Part shown: in pieces, positions 35,317 to 44,130 of the stretch
Layout of the letters: each line of letters opens with the position of its first letter
How positions within the stretch are numbered: position 1 is the stretch's first letter
Source of the DNA: Desulfotomaculum sp.
Lineage (GTDB): Bacteria > Bacillota > Desulfotomaculia > Desulfotomaculales > Nap2-2B
Length of the DNA: 64,000 nt
Direction: 5' to 3'
Assembly (NCBI GenBank): GCA_003485325.1
Contig: DMZI01000041.1
Span: 13,289-77,288, forward strand
The notes under the pieces: generated by a model
The model's database searches: none
Seen by the model: the letters and a program-made list of their open reading frames with translations, nothing else
What the model was told of the DNA's origin: nothing
Translations under genes and position numbers: made by a program

Positions 35317-35402
35317 TCTTCTTCAATCACCTCCTCCAAAATATTTCACAGTATTAGCTCTCTTGAAAATTAACTTGCGCTAGAGAGGTCAACTGCCTAC
35401 GT

Positions 35403-35549
35403 GCTAATGTTCGCCTCTTATACTTGTACGAACTCGTTCACCCTCGGGCTCGGTCAAAACCCGGCATATACGCCTCAAACACTTCCCTCGCTTATCCTCG
35501 GGTTCACTCATTCTTTTAATGAAGGTCAAAATCGTACTTGAGGCATTGC
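35403..35549. repeat. Tandem dimer of a ~55-nt unit plus an inverted partial unit (REP/MITE-like element) in the rplJ leader
   Basis: CTCGTTCACCCTCGGGCTC (35433-35451) vs CTCGCTTATCCTCGGGTTC (35487-35505); GGTCAAAA at 35452 and 35524; CGCCTC at 35412 and 35471; inverted TCGTAC/TTGAGGC at 35532-35544. Confidence 0.5.
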
Positions 35550-35577
35550 CCTCCCTTTGCTGATAAATTTTCAAATT

Positions 35578-35603
35578 AAAAAGCCTCTGATTTAACCAGA
35601 GGC
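35578..35603 (-). terminator. Intrinsic terminator (attenuator) following the L10 leader
   Basis: GCCTCTGG-TTAAA-TCAGAGGC-TTTTT on the minus strand. Confidence 0.75.
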
Positions 35604-35640
35604 CTGCCGTTTCCAATAGAAAACATACTAAGATTTTAGG

Positions 35641-35690
35641 CCTCGGTTGGCGGTTCTTCACCTTTAGGTCTTTACGACACCAACTGTCAA
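35641..35690 (-). ncRNA. Ribosomal protein L10 leader (autogenous control element)
   Basis: GACAGTTGG...CTAAA...CCAACCGAGG matches the remembered Firmicute L10-leader pattern (GACAGYAGG...UAA...CCURCCGAGG); lies between rplA and rplJ. Confidence 0.7.
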
Positions 35691-35720
35691 TAGCTCATTT
35701 TGTTTAAACAGTTTTATTTT

Positions 35721-36419
35721 TTAAGCTGGAAGCTTCAGGGCGTTTACTTTAATTCCAGGTCCCATGGTTGAACATACGTAGATCCCTTTAATATATTGCC
35801 CCTTTGCTGCGGCAGGCTTAACTTTAACCAATTGATCCAGCAAAGCATCCAGATTCTCAACAAGCTTTTCAGTATTAAATGATACTCTTCCTATTGGAAC
35901 ATGTATGATTCCTGCTTTATCAACACGGTATTCTATCTTTCCGGCCTTTACCTCATGGACGGCTCTGGTCACATCAGGAGTGACCGTACCTGTCTTCGGG
36001 TTTGGCATAAGTCCGCGCGGGCCAAGGATACGCCCCAATTTGCTTACCATACTCATCATATCCGGGGTAGCTATGGCAACTTCGAAATCAAGCCATCCCT
36101 GCTGCTGAATTTTTTCGACAATATCTTCAGCGCCAACAAAGTCGGCCCCTGCATCAAGCGCTTCTTTTGCCTTGTCATCCCTCGCAAACACCAGAACCGA
36201 TCTTGTCCTGCCGGTTCCATTAGGTAAAACCATTGCCCCCCTGACCTGCTGATCGGCATGACGGGGATCTACACCAAGTTTGACAACTGCCTCAACTGTT
36301 TCGTCAAATTTGGCCTTGGCCAGCTGTTTTACCAACTCCAAAGCCTCTTTGGGATCATAAAGCATATCACGTTTGATCTGCTTGCTGGCTTCCTGATAAT
36401 TTTTACCTCTTTTAGGCAT
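35721..36419 (-). CDS. rplA: 50S ribosomal protein L1
   Basis: [29 protein letters not shown]. Confidence 0.98.
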   Translation of the reverse strand: MPKRGKNYQEASKQIKRDMLYDPKEALELVKQLAKAKFDETVEAVVKLGVDPRHADQQVRGAMVLPNGTGRTRSVLVFARDDKAKEALDAGADFVGAEDIVEKIQQQGWLDFEVAIATPDMMSMVSKLGRILGPRGLMPNPKTGTVTPDVTRAVHEVKAGKIEYRVDKAGIIHVPIGRVSFNTEKLVENLDALLDQLVKVKPAAAKGQYIKGIYVCSTMGPGIKVNALKLPA

Positions 36420-36435
36420 TTACCCGATTCACTCC

Positions 36436-36864
36436 TTAAACAACTTCAATACCCATACTCCTGGCTGTTCCTTCAACCATACGTACAGCTGCCTCTATAG
36501 TATTTGCGTTAAGATCCTGCATTTTTGCCTGAGCGATTTCACGAACTTTAGCAGCCGGTATCCGGGCAACCTTTTTCCTGTTCGGTTCTCCGGAAGCCTT
36601 TTCAATATTTGCCGCTTTCTTTAATAAAACCGATGCAGGTGGTGTTTTGCAGATAAAAGTAAAGCTCCTATCTTCAAAAACAGTAATTTCTACCGGTACA
36701 ATCAGCCCAACCTGAGCAGCCGTCCTCTCGTTATAGTCTTTAACAAAAGCCATAATATTTACCCCGTGTTGCCCTAACGCCGGACCTACTGGAGGGGCTG
36801 GCGTTGCCTTGCCGGCAGGAACCTGGAGTTTCACTACTGCGACTACCTTCTTTTTACGTGCCAT
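36436..36864 (-). CDS. rplK: 50S ribosomal protein L11
   Basis: [23 protein letters not shown]; start at 36864. Confidence 0.98.
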   Translation of the reverse strand: MARKKKVVAVVKLQVPAGKATPAPPVGPALGQHGVNIMAFVKDYNERTAAQVGLIVPVEITVFEDRSFTFICKTPPASVLLKKAANIEKASGEPNRKKVARIPAAKVREIAQAKMQDLNANTIEAAVRMVEGTARSMGIEVV

Positions 36865-36921
36865 TTTTATAAACACCTCCCGTCATATGTACTTAACAGC
36901 ACTCCAATTTGTATAAATTCC

Positions 36922-37449
36922 CTAGCTTATTTTCTCCACCTGTGCAAAATCCAATTCTACGGGGGTTTCCCGCCCGAACATCGAAATCTTAACTTTCAGT
37001 TTATATTTATCCGGGTGAACTTCTTCGACGATACCAATAAAGTCCTCAAAAGGCCCCGATTTAACCCTGATATTTTGCCCAATCGCAAGATCAACCCGTA
37101 TCCTGATCTCCTCCACTCCCATTTGACGCATAACTTGCACGGCTTCTTCTTCAGTCAAAGGAATGGGTTTTGAACCCGAGCCGACAAATCCTGTAACTCC
37201 TGGGGTGTTACGGACGACATACCATGAATCATCGCCCATAACCATTTCAACAAGAACATAACCCGGAAAAATCTTTCTCTTGTTGATTTTTCTTTTGCCA
37301 TCCTTGAATTCTAATTCGTCTTCCATGGGAACAATTATACGGAAAATCTTATCTTCCATATTCATGGATTCGATTCTTTTTTCAAGGTTTGCCTTTACCT
37401 TGTTTTCATAACCGGAATAAGTATGGATCACATACCATTGTTTATCCAT
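36922..37449 (-). CDS. nusG: Transcription antitermination factor NusG
   Basis: WYVIHTYSGYENKV, FPGYVLVEM, MFGRETPVEL. Confidence 0.98.
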   Translation of the reverse strand: MDKQWYVIHTYSGYENKVKANLEKRIESMNMEDKIFRIIVPMEDELEFKDGKRKINKRKIFPGYVLVEMVMGDDSWYVVRNTPGVTGFVGSGSKPIPLTEEEAVQVMRQMGVEEIRIRVDLAIGQNIRVKSGPFEDFIGIVEEVHPDKYKLKVKISMFGRETPVELDFAQVEKIS

Positions 37450-37488
37450 AAAAAGGAACCCTATAAAGGGCCCCCACCTCCCAAAGAA

Positions 37489-37833
37489 TTATTTCAAGAT
37501 TAACTGCAATAACCGGGAGAGGAAAGAATCGAACACCCAGATTAATATACCTACTATAGTAACCGCTACCAAAACAACCCCCGTATAGATACTTACCTCA
37601 CGCCTGCTAGACCAATGAACTTTTTTAAGCTCACTATATACCCCTTTAAAATAGGTCTTTAGTTGTTCTACATAATTTACTTTCTCTTTTTTTGGCGCAG
37701 TTTGTTTTCGATCGGGCTTGGCGCCTGAACCTTTGCTCAAGTTCTTTGAACCGGTTGCGGGCTTCTTAAAAAATCGGGGCTTGGGCGGGTCCTGTTTTGT
37801 AGTACTGCCCTTTTTAACCTGGTTACCCAACAT
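37489..37833 (-). CDS. secE: Preprotein translocase SecE with a long basic N-terminal extension
   Basis: ELKKVHW motif followed by a single TM helix; canonical position; probable start ATG 37833 (ORF open to 37854). Confidence 0.9.
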   Translation of the reverse strand: MLGNQVKKGSTTKQDPPKPRFFKKPATGSKNLSKGSGAKPDRKQTAPKKEKVNYVEQLKTYFKGVYSELKKVHWSSRREVSIYTGVVLVAVTIVGILIWVFDSFLSRLLQLILK

Positions 37834-37879
37834 AGCCACATCCTTTAGACTCATCTTTCTTAATTTTAAGCAACCGGTT

Positions 37880-38029
37880 TTAGCGCGTTTCTTTATGTAA
37901 AGTATGGGTGTGGCAAAACCTGCAATACTTTTTCATTTCAATCCGCCCGGGATCATTCTTTTTATTCTTGGTCGTAGTATAATTTCTTTGTTTGCATTCG
38001 CCACAGGCCAATGTAACTAATACACGCAT
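37880..38029 (-). CDS. rpmG: 50S ribosomal protein L33 (Zn-binding C+ type)
   Basis: [19 protein letters not shown]...[16 protein letters not shown], 49 aa. Confidence 0.97.
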   Translation of the reverse strand: MRVLVTLACGECKQRNYTTTKNKKNDPGRIEMKKYCRFCHTHTLHKETR

Positions 38030-38079
38030 TAGTATGCTTACCCTCCAAAATTTGTTATAGCCGGTCAATAGCCTTAACT

Positions 38080-38108
38080 AATTTACCATAAGCCATATTG
38101 TATGTCAA
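38080..38108 (-). promoter_or_regulatory. sigmaA promoter for rpmG-secE-nusG
   Basis: TTGACA-N17-TAAATT with extended TG. Confidence 0.65.
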
Positions 38109-38218
38109 TACTTGCCTTGGGGCTGTTGTATCCAGGAGGATTTTAATATTTCAGGGAAAACATAAAACCGATAATACCGGATTTTCTTTTGGAAAATATC
38201 AGTAAGGCAGGAAATAAA

Positions 38219-38863
38219 TTAGCTTTCTCCGGTAAAAGATGAATTGCCTGCGGCACAATGCTTTAACAGCTGACAATCAGTACACCTGGGTTTGCGTGCA
38301 GTACAAACCTGTCGGCCGTGAGACAGAAGCTGATGGTGAAAATCCATTCTGTATTGCGGAGGAAGTAAAGCAATTAATTCTTTTTCGGTTCTTTCAGGCG
38401 TTTTGGCTTTTGAGAGACCCAACCTGTGTGAAACACGAAATACATGTGTATCGACTGGTAAAGTGTGCTGGTTAAAAGCAATGCCGAGAAGCACACCTGC
38501 GCTTTTTGGCCCTACACCGGGAAGCTTTTCCAGTTCTTCACGTGTTGATGGTACACAGGAACCGTATTTCTCTACAAGTATACGGCAGGTATTGATAATA
38601 TTCTTGCTTTTACTGTAAAATAAACCACAGCTTTTAATTTCATTAGCCAGTGTATCTACACTTAAACGAGCATAATCTTCAGGCAAGCGGTATTTTTTAA
38701 ACAATTTCCCTGTGATTCTGTTTACCTGCAAATCAGTGCACTGGGCTGATAAAATTACTGCGATTAAAAGCTGAAAACTATTTTCATATTCCAGCCCTGT
38801 CTTTGCGTCAGGGTATAATCCGGATAGTATTTTGATAATTGCCTCAACGTTAGTGTTAAGCAT
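38219..38863 (-). CDS. nth: Endonuclease III
   Basis: ILSAQCTD, HhH LPGVGPKSA, VDTHV, 4Fe-4S motif C-x6-C-x2-C-x5-C. Confidence 0.95.
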   Translation of the reverse strand: MLNTNVEAIIKILSGLYPDAKTGLEYENSFQLLIAVILSAQCTDLQVNRITGKLFKKYRLPEDYARLSVDTLANEIKSCGLFYSKSKNIINTCRILVEKYGSCVPSTREELEKLPGVGPKSAGVLLGIAFNQHTLPVDTHVFRVSHRLGLSKAKTPERTEKELIALLPPQYRMDFHHQLLSHGRQVCTARKPRCTDCQLLKHCAAGNSSFTGES

Positions 38864-38890
38864 TCAGCCGGGATCTCCGCAAGGCCTAAC

Positions 38891-39397
38891 TTAGCCTTCT
38901 GACTTGTCTCTTTCCCTGCAGGCCAATATTTTTTTGCCCAATCTCTCCTCTATTAAAGGGGGCACCAGACCGCTGATACAGCCTCCGAAATAGGCAACTT
39001 CCTTCACCCCGTTTGAGCTAATGAAAGAATATCTCGCCCTAGTCATCAAGAAAACCGTTTCAACAGAAGGTTGTAATTGTTTATTCGTCAGAGCCATCAT
39101 AAATTCATTTTCGAAATCCGAAATAGCTCTTAATCCCCTTATAACGACCTGCGCTCCCCTTGTTACCGCATAACTGACTGTTAAACCTTCAAAAGAATCA
39201 ACTAATACGTTTGAATAGTTTTGCAGGACTTCCCTTAACATGTCCACACGTTCGGTAACTGAAAAAAAGGGAGTTTTACTGGCGTTTTTAGACACGGCCA
39301 CAATTACCTTGTCAAACAGAGCGATAGCCCGTTCGATAATATCCAAATGACCGCATGTTACGGGATCAAAGCTGCCGGGATAAATGGCTGTTCGCAA
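38891..39397 (-). CDS. coaD: Phosphopantetheine adenylyltransferase
   Basis: YPGSFDPVTCGH, RGLRAISDFENE, ISS..VKE. Confidence 0.96.
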   Translation of the reverse strand: MRTAIYPGSFDPVTCGHLDIIERAIALFDKVIVAVSKNASKTPFFSVTERVDMLREVLQNYSNVLVDSFEGLTVSYAVTRGAQVVIRGLRAISDFENEFMMALTNKQLQPSVETVFLMTRARYSFISSNGVKEVAYFGGCISGLVPPLIEERLGKKILACRERDKSEG

Positions 39398-39428
39398 TAT
39401 CTCTCACTCCTTTCCAAATGTTTGCTCT

Positions 39429-41354
39429 TTATGAATTAGGAAGTGGTGTTAAAGCCTTACTATTAACTTCCTCCTCTAACTTTAAAACAAACTCGTCAAG
39501 CGCCATTCCTCCCAAATCGCCGAACTGGCGGTTACGAACAGAAACCTGTTCGCGATTAGCTTCACGATCTCCAATTACCAGCATATAAGGAACCTTTTGC
39601 AACTGAGCTTCGCGTATTTTATAATTAACTTTCTCATTCCTGTCATCAAGCTCGGTGCGGAAACCTTTTTCATCCAGAATATCTTTTACTTGACCTGCGT
39701 GAGTAAAATGCCTTTGTGCTATAGGAAGGACCCTTACCTGCACAGGCGCCAGCCAAAGTGGAAAAGCCCCGGCGAAATGCTCCGTAAGTATCCCAATAAA
39801 CCGCTCTATACTCCCGAAGACTACCCTGTGAAGCATGACCGGCTGGTGTTTTACTCCATCCTCCCCTATGTAGGCCAGGTTAAACATTTCAGGCATTATA
39901 AAATCCAATTGTATAGTGCCGCACTGCCAGGTACGGCCAAGGCAATCCTGAAGATGGAAATCAATTTTAGGGCCGTAAAAAGCGCCGTCACCCTCGTTCA
40001 CTTTATATCCTATTCCTTTCTCTTCCAGGGCCTCTCTCAATGCTGTAGTTGCCAGATCCCAGATCTCGTCCGAACCTATAGAATTCTCAGGCTTAGTGGA
40101 AAGCTCGACATGGTAGGGAAAATTGAAAATCTTATAAACGTCGTCTACTAAGTCAATAACACCTATTATTTCATTTTTGACCTGCCCGGGTAACATAAAA
40201 ATATGGGCATCATCCTGAGTAAAGCACCGGACACGCATTAAACCGTGCAAAACACCCGAAAGTTCATGACGGTGCACCAGTCCCAACTCAGCCAGCCTGA
40301 TCGGCAGATCTCTGTAACTGTGCAGACGGCTGCGGTAAACAAGAATACCCCCAGGACAATTCATCGGCTTTACTGCATAGTCAGCCTGATCTATTTTAGT
40401 AAAATACATGTTTTCCCTATAATGTTCCCAGTGCCCGGACTGTTCCCAAAGAGAACGGTTCAGGATGACCGGTGTCCGTATTTCTTGATACCCTCTTTTT
40501 TTATGCTCCTCGCGCCAAAACTTCTCCAGTTCGTTTCGTAAAACCATCCCTTTGGGGTGGAAAAATGGGAATCCCGGCCCTTCTTCCTGAATACTGAACA
40601 AATCCAAATCGATGCCTAAACGGCGGTGATCTCTTCTTTTTGCTTCTTCAATTCGAAACAGGTATTCATCAAGCTCGGATTTTTTAGGGAATGATGTTCC
40701 ATAAATACGTTGGAGCATTTTGTTTCTTTCGTCTCCACGCCAGTAAGCCCCTGCTACACTAAGCAGTTTTATAGCCTTTAACCTGCCGGTGGAAGGAAGA
40801 TGAGGGCCGACGCACAAGTCTGTAAATTCTCCCTGGGAATAACATGAAATTACCGCATCTAACGGGAGGTCGTTGATTAATTCAACTTTGTACGGCTCTT
40901 TTAGGTCGCTGAATAATTTAAGCGCCTCTTCCCTGCTTAACTCAAACCTCTTAAAAGGCAGGTCCTCTTTTATAATTGTTTCCATTTCCTCCTGAATTTT
41001 TTCCAGGTCTTCGGCAGTGAAAGGTCTTTGGGGATCAAAATCATAATAATAACCTTCCTCTATTGCCGGGCCAATGGCAAGCTTCGTGTCGGGGAAAAGC
41101 CGTTTTACAGCCTGTGCCATAACATGTGCGCTGCTATGACGAAAGACGCGCTTCCCTTCATCATCCTCAAAGGTAAAGAAATTAATGTTTTTCTCGCCAT
41201 CAGGCTGGTAATCCAGGTCATGCAATTCTTTATCTATTGCTCCAACAAGGACTTCCTTGCCCAGCCGGGGATTAATATCCGCCGCTATTTCACGAAGTTT
41301 TATACCCGCGTTATACTCATGGACCTGACCGTCCTTCAACGTAATCTTCAACAT
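39429..41354 (-). CDS. thrS: Threonyl-tRNA synthetase
   Basis: TGS domain, HSSAH, KPMNCP, FTQDDAH, FYGPKID, HRVVFGS.ERF. Confidence 0.98.
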   Translation of the reverse strand: MLKITLKDGQVHEYNAGIKLREIAADINPRLGKEVLVGAIDKELHDLDYQPDGEKNINFFTFEDDEGKRVFRHSSAHVMAQAVKRLFPDTKLAIGPAIEEGYYYDFDPQRPFTAEDLEKIQEEMETIIKEDLPFKRFELSREEALKLFSDLKEPYKVELINDLPLDAVISCYSQGEFTDLCVGPHLPSTGRLKAIKLLSVAGAYWRGDERNKMLQRIYGTSFPKKSELDEYLFRIEEAKRRDHRRLGIDLDLFSIQEEGPGFPFFHPKGMVLRNELEKFWREEHKKRGYQEIRTPVILNRSLWEQSGHWEHYRENMYFTKIDQADYAVKPMNCPGGILVYRSRLHSYRDLPIRLAELGLVHRHELSGVLHGLMRVRCFTQDDAHIFMLPGQVKNEIIGVIDLVDDVYKIFNFPYHVELSTKPENSIGSDEIWDLATTALREALEEKGIGYKVNEGDGAFYGPKIDFHLQDCLGRTWQCGTIQLDFIMPEMFNLAYIGEDGVKHQPVMLHRVVFGSIERFIGILTEHFAGAFPLWLAPVQVRVLPIAQRHFTHAGQVKDILDEKGFRTELDDRNEKVNYKIREAQLQKVPYMLVIGDREANREQVSVRNRQFGDLGGMALDEFVLKLEEEVNSKALTPLPNS

Positions 41355-41399
41355 TTGTTTTAACTCCTATAAATGATTTTTTAAAGCAATGGTGATTTT

Positions 41400-41429
41400 A
41401 ATATAACCAAATGGAAAGAAATCTGTCAA
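41400..41429 (-). promoter_or_regulatory. sigmaA promoter for thrS (short leader, no T-box)
   Basis: TTGACA-N18-TATATT, 46 nt from the -10 box to the ATG. Confidence 0.6.
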
Positions 41430-41440
41430 TCGATAGCAGA

Positions 41441-41469
41441 ATAAAAGGGGTTGTCCAGTAACCCTTTAT
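41441..41469 (-). terminator. Terminator downstream of ytxC
   Basis: ATAAAGGGTT-ACTGGAC-AACCCCTTTTATT. Confidence 0.55.
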
Positions 41470-41550
41470 GAAGTACGCCATTATTTGAAAAATGACTGTT
41501 GCTGATTAATATTCAATCAAAGAATACAACAAAACTCAACCATATATGTG

Positions 41551-42444
41551 TCAACAACCCCGTCCCCTTGACACACAGAGATAACATCCGGTACATTCCT
41601 TAAGTTGCCCGGAAAATATATCCCTGATCATTTTTTTAACTACAGCCGTCCGCTCATTACCACAAGAGTGAAATATTATTTTCTTCGGGACCAGTGAAAC
41701 CAACAGGTTGATCAAGAGATCATCGTAACTCAGTTCCTCTTGATCCTGTTCATCACCTGCTTTTTCCAATAAACCGCTTTTGATTACTTTTCTACGTTTG
41801 TCAAAAAGCTTAAAAAACCCTTCAGGATAAAAAACTACGTGTACAAAGTCAACCTTGGATTCATTTGTCTTTGTAAGGCGCCTTAGAAGAAGAATAAATT
41901 CGTTATAATCCTTTTCCAGTAAAAAACTGTCTACAGCTTTATCTACTATCTCTGCAAGTTCAACCAAATAGTCCTTTAACCGAAACATTATAAATCCCTT
42001 AATTATTATCATGTCCGTTGTTGCTATATAATCCAGTAATTTATTTAAGATAGCGTTCCTGCGGTGTATTCTGTATAAAAATGTACAGCCGCTGCTCTTT
42101 TCCCTTTCTCCGGTATGCCTGAGGATTTCTTGAAAAATATCCTCCCTTTCGGAAACAGAAAAACAATAATTCTGTTCAAAAATATTATAGGCAAGCATAC
42201 TTTCTATGCTGTTAATGATCAGACCTGCAATAGCCTCGGCAATAAATCTTTTAAATTGAGTTGAAGCGTCCTTCGGATGGCCGCATAATAAATAAGCCAG
42301 CTTTTCTTCCGGATCCTCGGATATACTTAATACAACGTTCCCGGCTGAAGCATGTTTAAAGGTACTGTCCAGCTCAGCTTTAAGCTTGTCAATATTCTGC
42401 CTTGTATCAACAATCATAAACCGTTCCACTTCATTGCCCTCCAA
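41551..42444 (-). CDS. ytxC: Putative sporulation protein YtxC
   Basis: GFIMFRLKDY, EKDYNEFI.LLR, DDLLI..LVSLVPKKI.FH, IF......C.GC..C; conserved position next to thrS. Confidence 0.85.
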   Translation of the reverse strand: MEGNEVERFMIVDTRQNIDKLKAELDSTFKHASAGNVVLSISEDPEEKLAYLLCGHPKDASTQFKRFIAEAIAGLIINSIESMLAYNIFEQNYCFSVSEREDIFQEILRHTGEREKSSGCTFLYRIHRRNAILNKLLDYIATTDMIIIKGFIMFRLKDYLVELAEIVDKAVDSFLLEKDYNEFILLLRRLTKTNESKVDFVHVVFYPEGFFKLFDKRRKVIKSGLLEKAGDEQDQEELSYDDLLINLLVSLVPKKIIFHSCGNERTAVVKKMIRDIFSGQLKECTGCYLCVSRGRGC

Positions 42445-42512
42445 TTACCGCATTAATATATTATATGAAAATAAAAGATAAACAATTTGCGGTAAAAGCA
42501 GGATAAGAAAGC

Positions 42513-44114
42513 TTATTTGCAAAATATGCTCCGCAGGACTTCCTCTGGAATACCCTTTATAACTTCAGCCCTCCCAATTCTCACTGGCAAAGCAAATGTA
42601 TATTCTCTGTCGATTACTTTTTTATCCTTTAAAATAGAAACCATAAACTGATCAATTGGAAGTTGCCCGGGCAGTTCCCAAGGCAGGCCTGTTTTTTTAA
42701 TCAATCCAAGGATACGTTCTTCATCTTTCTTTGTTAAAATACCTAGTTCGTTTGCCAGGCGGGATTCGGCCGCCATACCAATCGCTACCGCTTCTCCGTG
42801 ACGGTACAGATTATATCCCGATAATGCTTCTATGGTATGTCCTACTGTATGGCCAAAGTTTAGAATAGCCCGGCGCCCGCTTTCTGTTTCGTCTTCCTGA
42901 ACAACTTCTGCCTTTATCCTGCAGGAGGTTGAGATTGCCCTTGTTAGTGCCTCAGGCCGCCTGTCAAGCAAGTCACCTATATGATCAACAAGCCATGAAA
43001 AAAACTCTCGATCAGCAATAACAGCGCATTTAATTACTTCAGCAAGACCGGTCCTGAGTTCCCTGTCATCAAGAGTGGAAATTAGATTTATATCGGATAG
43101 AACAAGTTTGGGCTGGTAAAAGGCTCCGATGATATTTTTTCCGCGCGGATGGTTCACTGCCACCTTGCCTCCTACGCTGCTATCCACCTGGGCTAAAAGA
43201 GTAGTCGGCAGCTGTACGAAAGCAACTCCCCTCATATAAGTTGCAGCAACAAAACCAGCGAGGTCACCTACAACTCCCCCTCCCAGGGCGATTACTACGC
43301 TTTGACGGTCAAGCTCATTAAGATATGCCAGATCATACAATTTCCCGGCGACATCCAAACTTTTTGCTTCTTCGCTATCCGGCGCCAGCGCGGGTATAAC
43401 CCTGTAACCAGCAGCGGAAAGCTTTTTTTCCACTAGCTCGCCAAAAAGGCCGAATACCTTGGGATTGCTTACCAGGAGCACTCTTTTACCCAAATTAAGT
43501 TCTTTAAGATAACAATCAACTGAGCTTATCAATCCCTGACCGATATAGATATGATAACTACGCTTGTCGAGATCGAGGTAAATATCTACTGGCGCCTGCA
43601 TCTTTTTACGCTCCTGTAAGTTTTGAATTATTTTTTCCACCACTTGATCAGGCTTGTCGAAACTTGTATCTATATTTATGTCTGCTGCACTATATGCCTG
43701 TGAGCGTACTGATAAAAGCTCCTCGATTTTCTGTTTTAAATCTTCTTTACCGCTAAGAAGAGGCCGGCTCTGGCCTGCTTTAACCCGCTTCAGGATTGTC
43801 TCCAGATTAGCGGTCAGGCAGATGAGAATGCCATTTTCCCTTAAACAGGCGACATTTTCACTATCAAGGACTGTTCCCCCCCCGGTTGCCACTACCAAAT
43901 GCTTTCTTTTGCCAAGTTTTCTTACAACCAGTTTCTCTTCTGAACGGAACCTTGACTCTCCGAATTGTTTAAAAATCTGCGGAATTGTTTTGCCGGTAAC
44001 ACGCTCTACCTCACTGTCGGTATCAATAAAATCCCAGTTGAGGCGGTCGGCGAGCTTTCTGCCGATAATGGTTTTGCCTGTTCCCATAAACCCGATTAAA
44101 ATGATATTCTCCAT
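42513..44114 (-). CDS. aroKB: Bifunctional shikimate kinase / 3-dehydroquinate synthase (AroK-AroB fusion)
   Basis: N-terminal GFMGTGKT, FRSEE, ATGGG; C-terminal GGGVVGDLAGF, PTTLLAQVDSSVGGK, LNFGHT, HGEAV. Confidence 0.93.
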   Translation of the reverse strand: MENIILIGFMGTGKTIIGRKLADRLNWDFIDTDSEVERVTGKTIPQIFKQFGESRFRSEEKLVVRKLGKRKHLVVATGGGTVLDSENVACLRENGILICLTANLETILKRVKAGQSRPLLSGKEDLKQKIEELLSVRSQAYSAADINIDTSFDKPDQVVEKIIQNLQERKKMQAPVDIYLDLDKRSYHIYIGQGLISSVDCYLKELNLGKRVLLVSNPKVFGLFGELVEKKLSAAGYRVIPALAPDSEEAKSLDVAGKLYDLAYLNELDRQSVVIALGGGVVGDLAGFVAATYMRGVAFVQLPTTLLAQVDSSVGGKVAVNHPRGKNIIGAFYQPKLVLSDINLISTLDDRELRTGLAEVIKCAVIADREFFSWLVDHIGDLLDRRPEALTRAISTSCRIKAEVVQEDETESGRRAILNFGHTVGHTIEALSGYNLYRHGEAVAIGMAAESRLANELGILTKKDEERILGLIKKTGLPWELPGQLPIDQFMVSILKDKKVIDREYTFALPVRIGRAEVIKGIPEEVLRSIFCK

Positions 44115-44130
44115 TAAACAACCGCCTGTT

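Noticed and set aside
35404-35661. 85-aa minus-strand ORF spanning the L10 leader and the repeat insert
   Set aside because: Starts inside the structured leader without an SD and reads through the terminator; its internal similarity (SEPEDKR/TEPEGER) just reflects the DNA repeat. The mini-ORF MPQVRF has an SD too close to its ATG.
38030-38218. Expected tRNA genes or second tuf upstream of rpmG
   Set aside because: No cloverleaf or T-loop signature seen; only a promoter. No rRNA, CRISPR repeat, transposase or integrase was found anywhere in the window.
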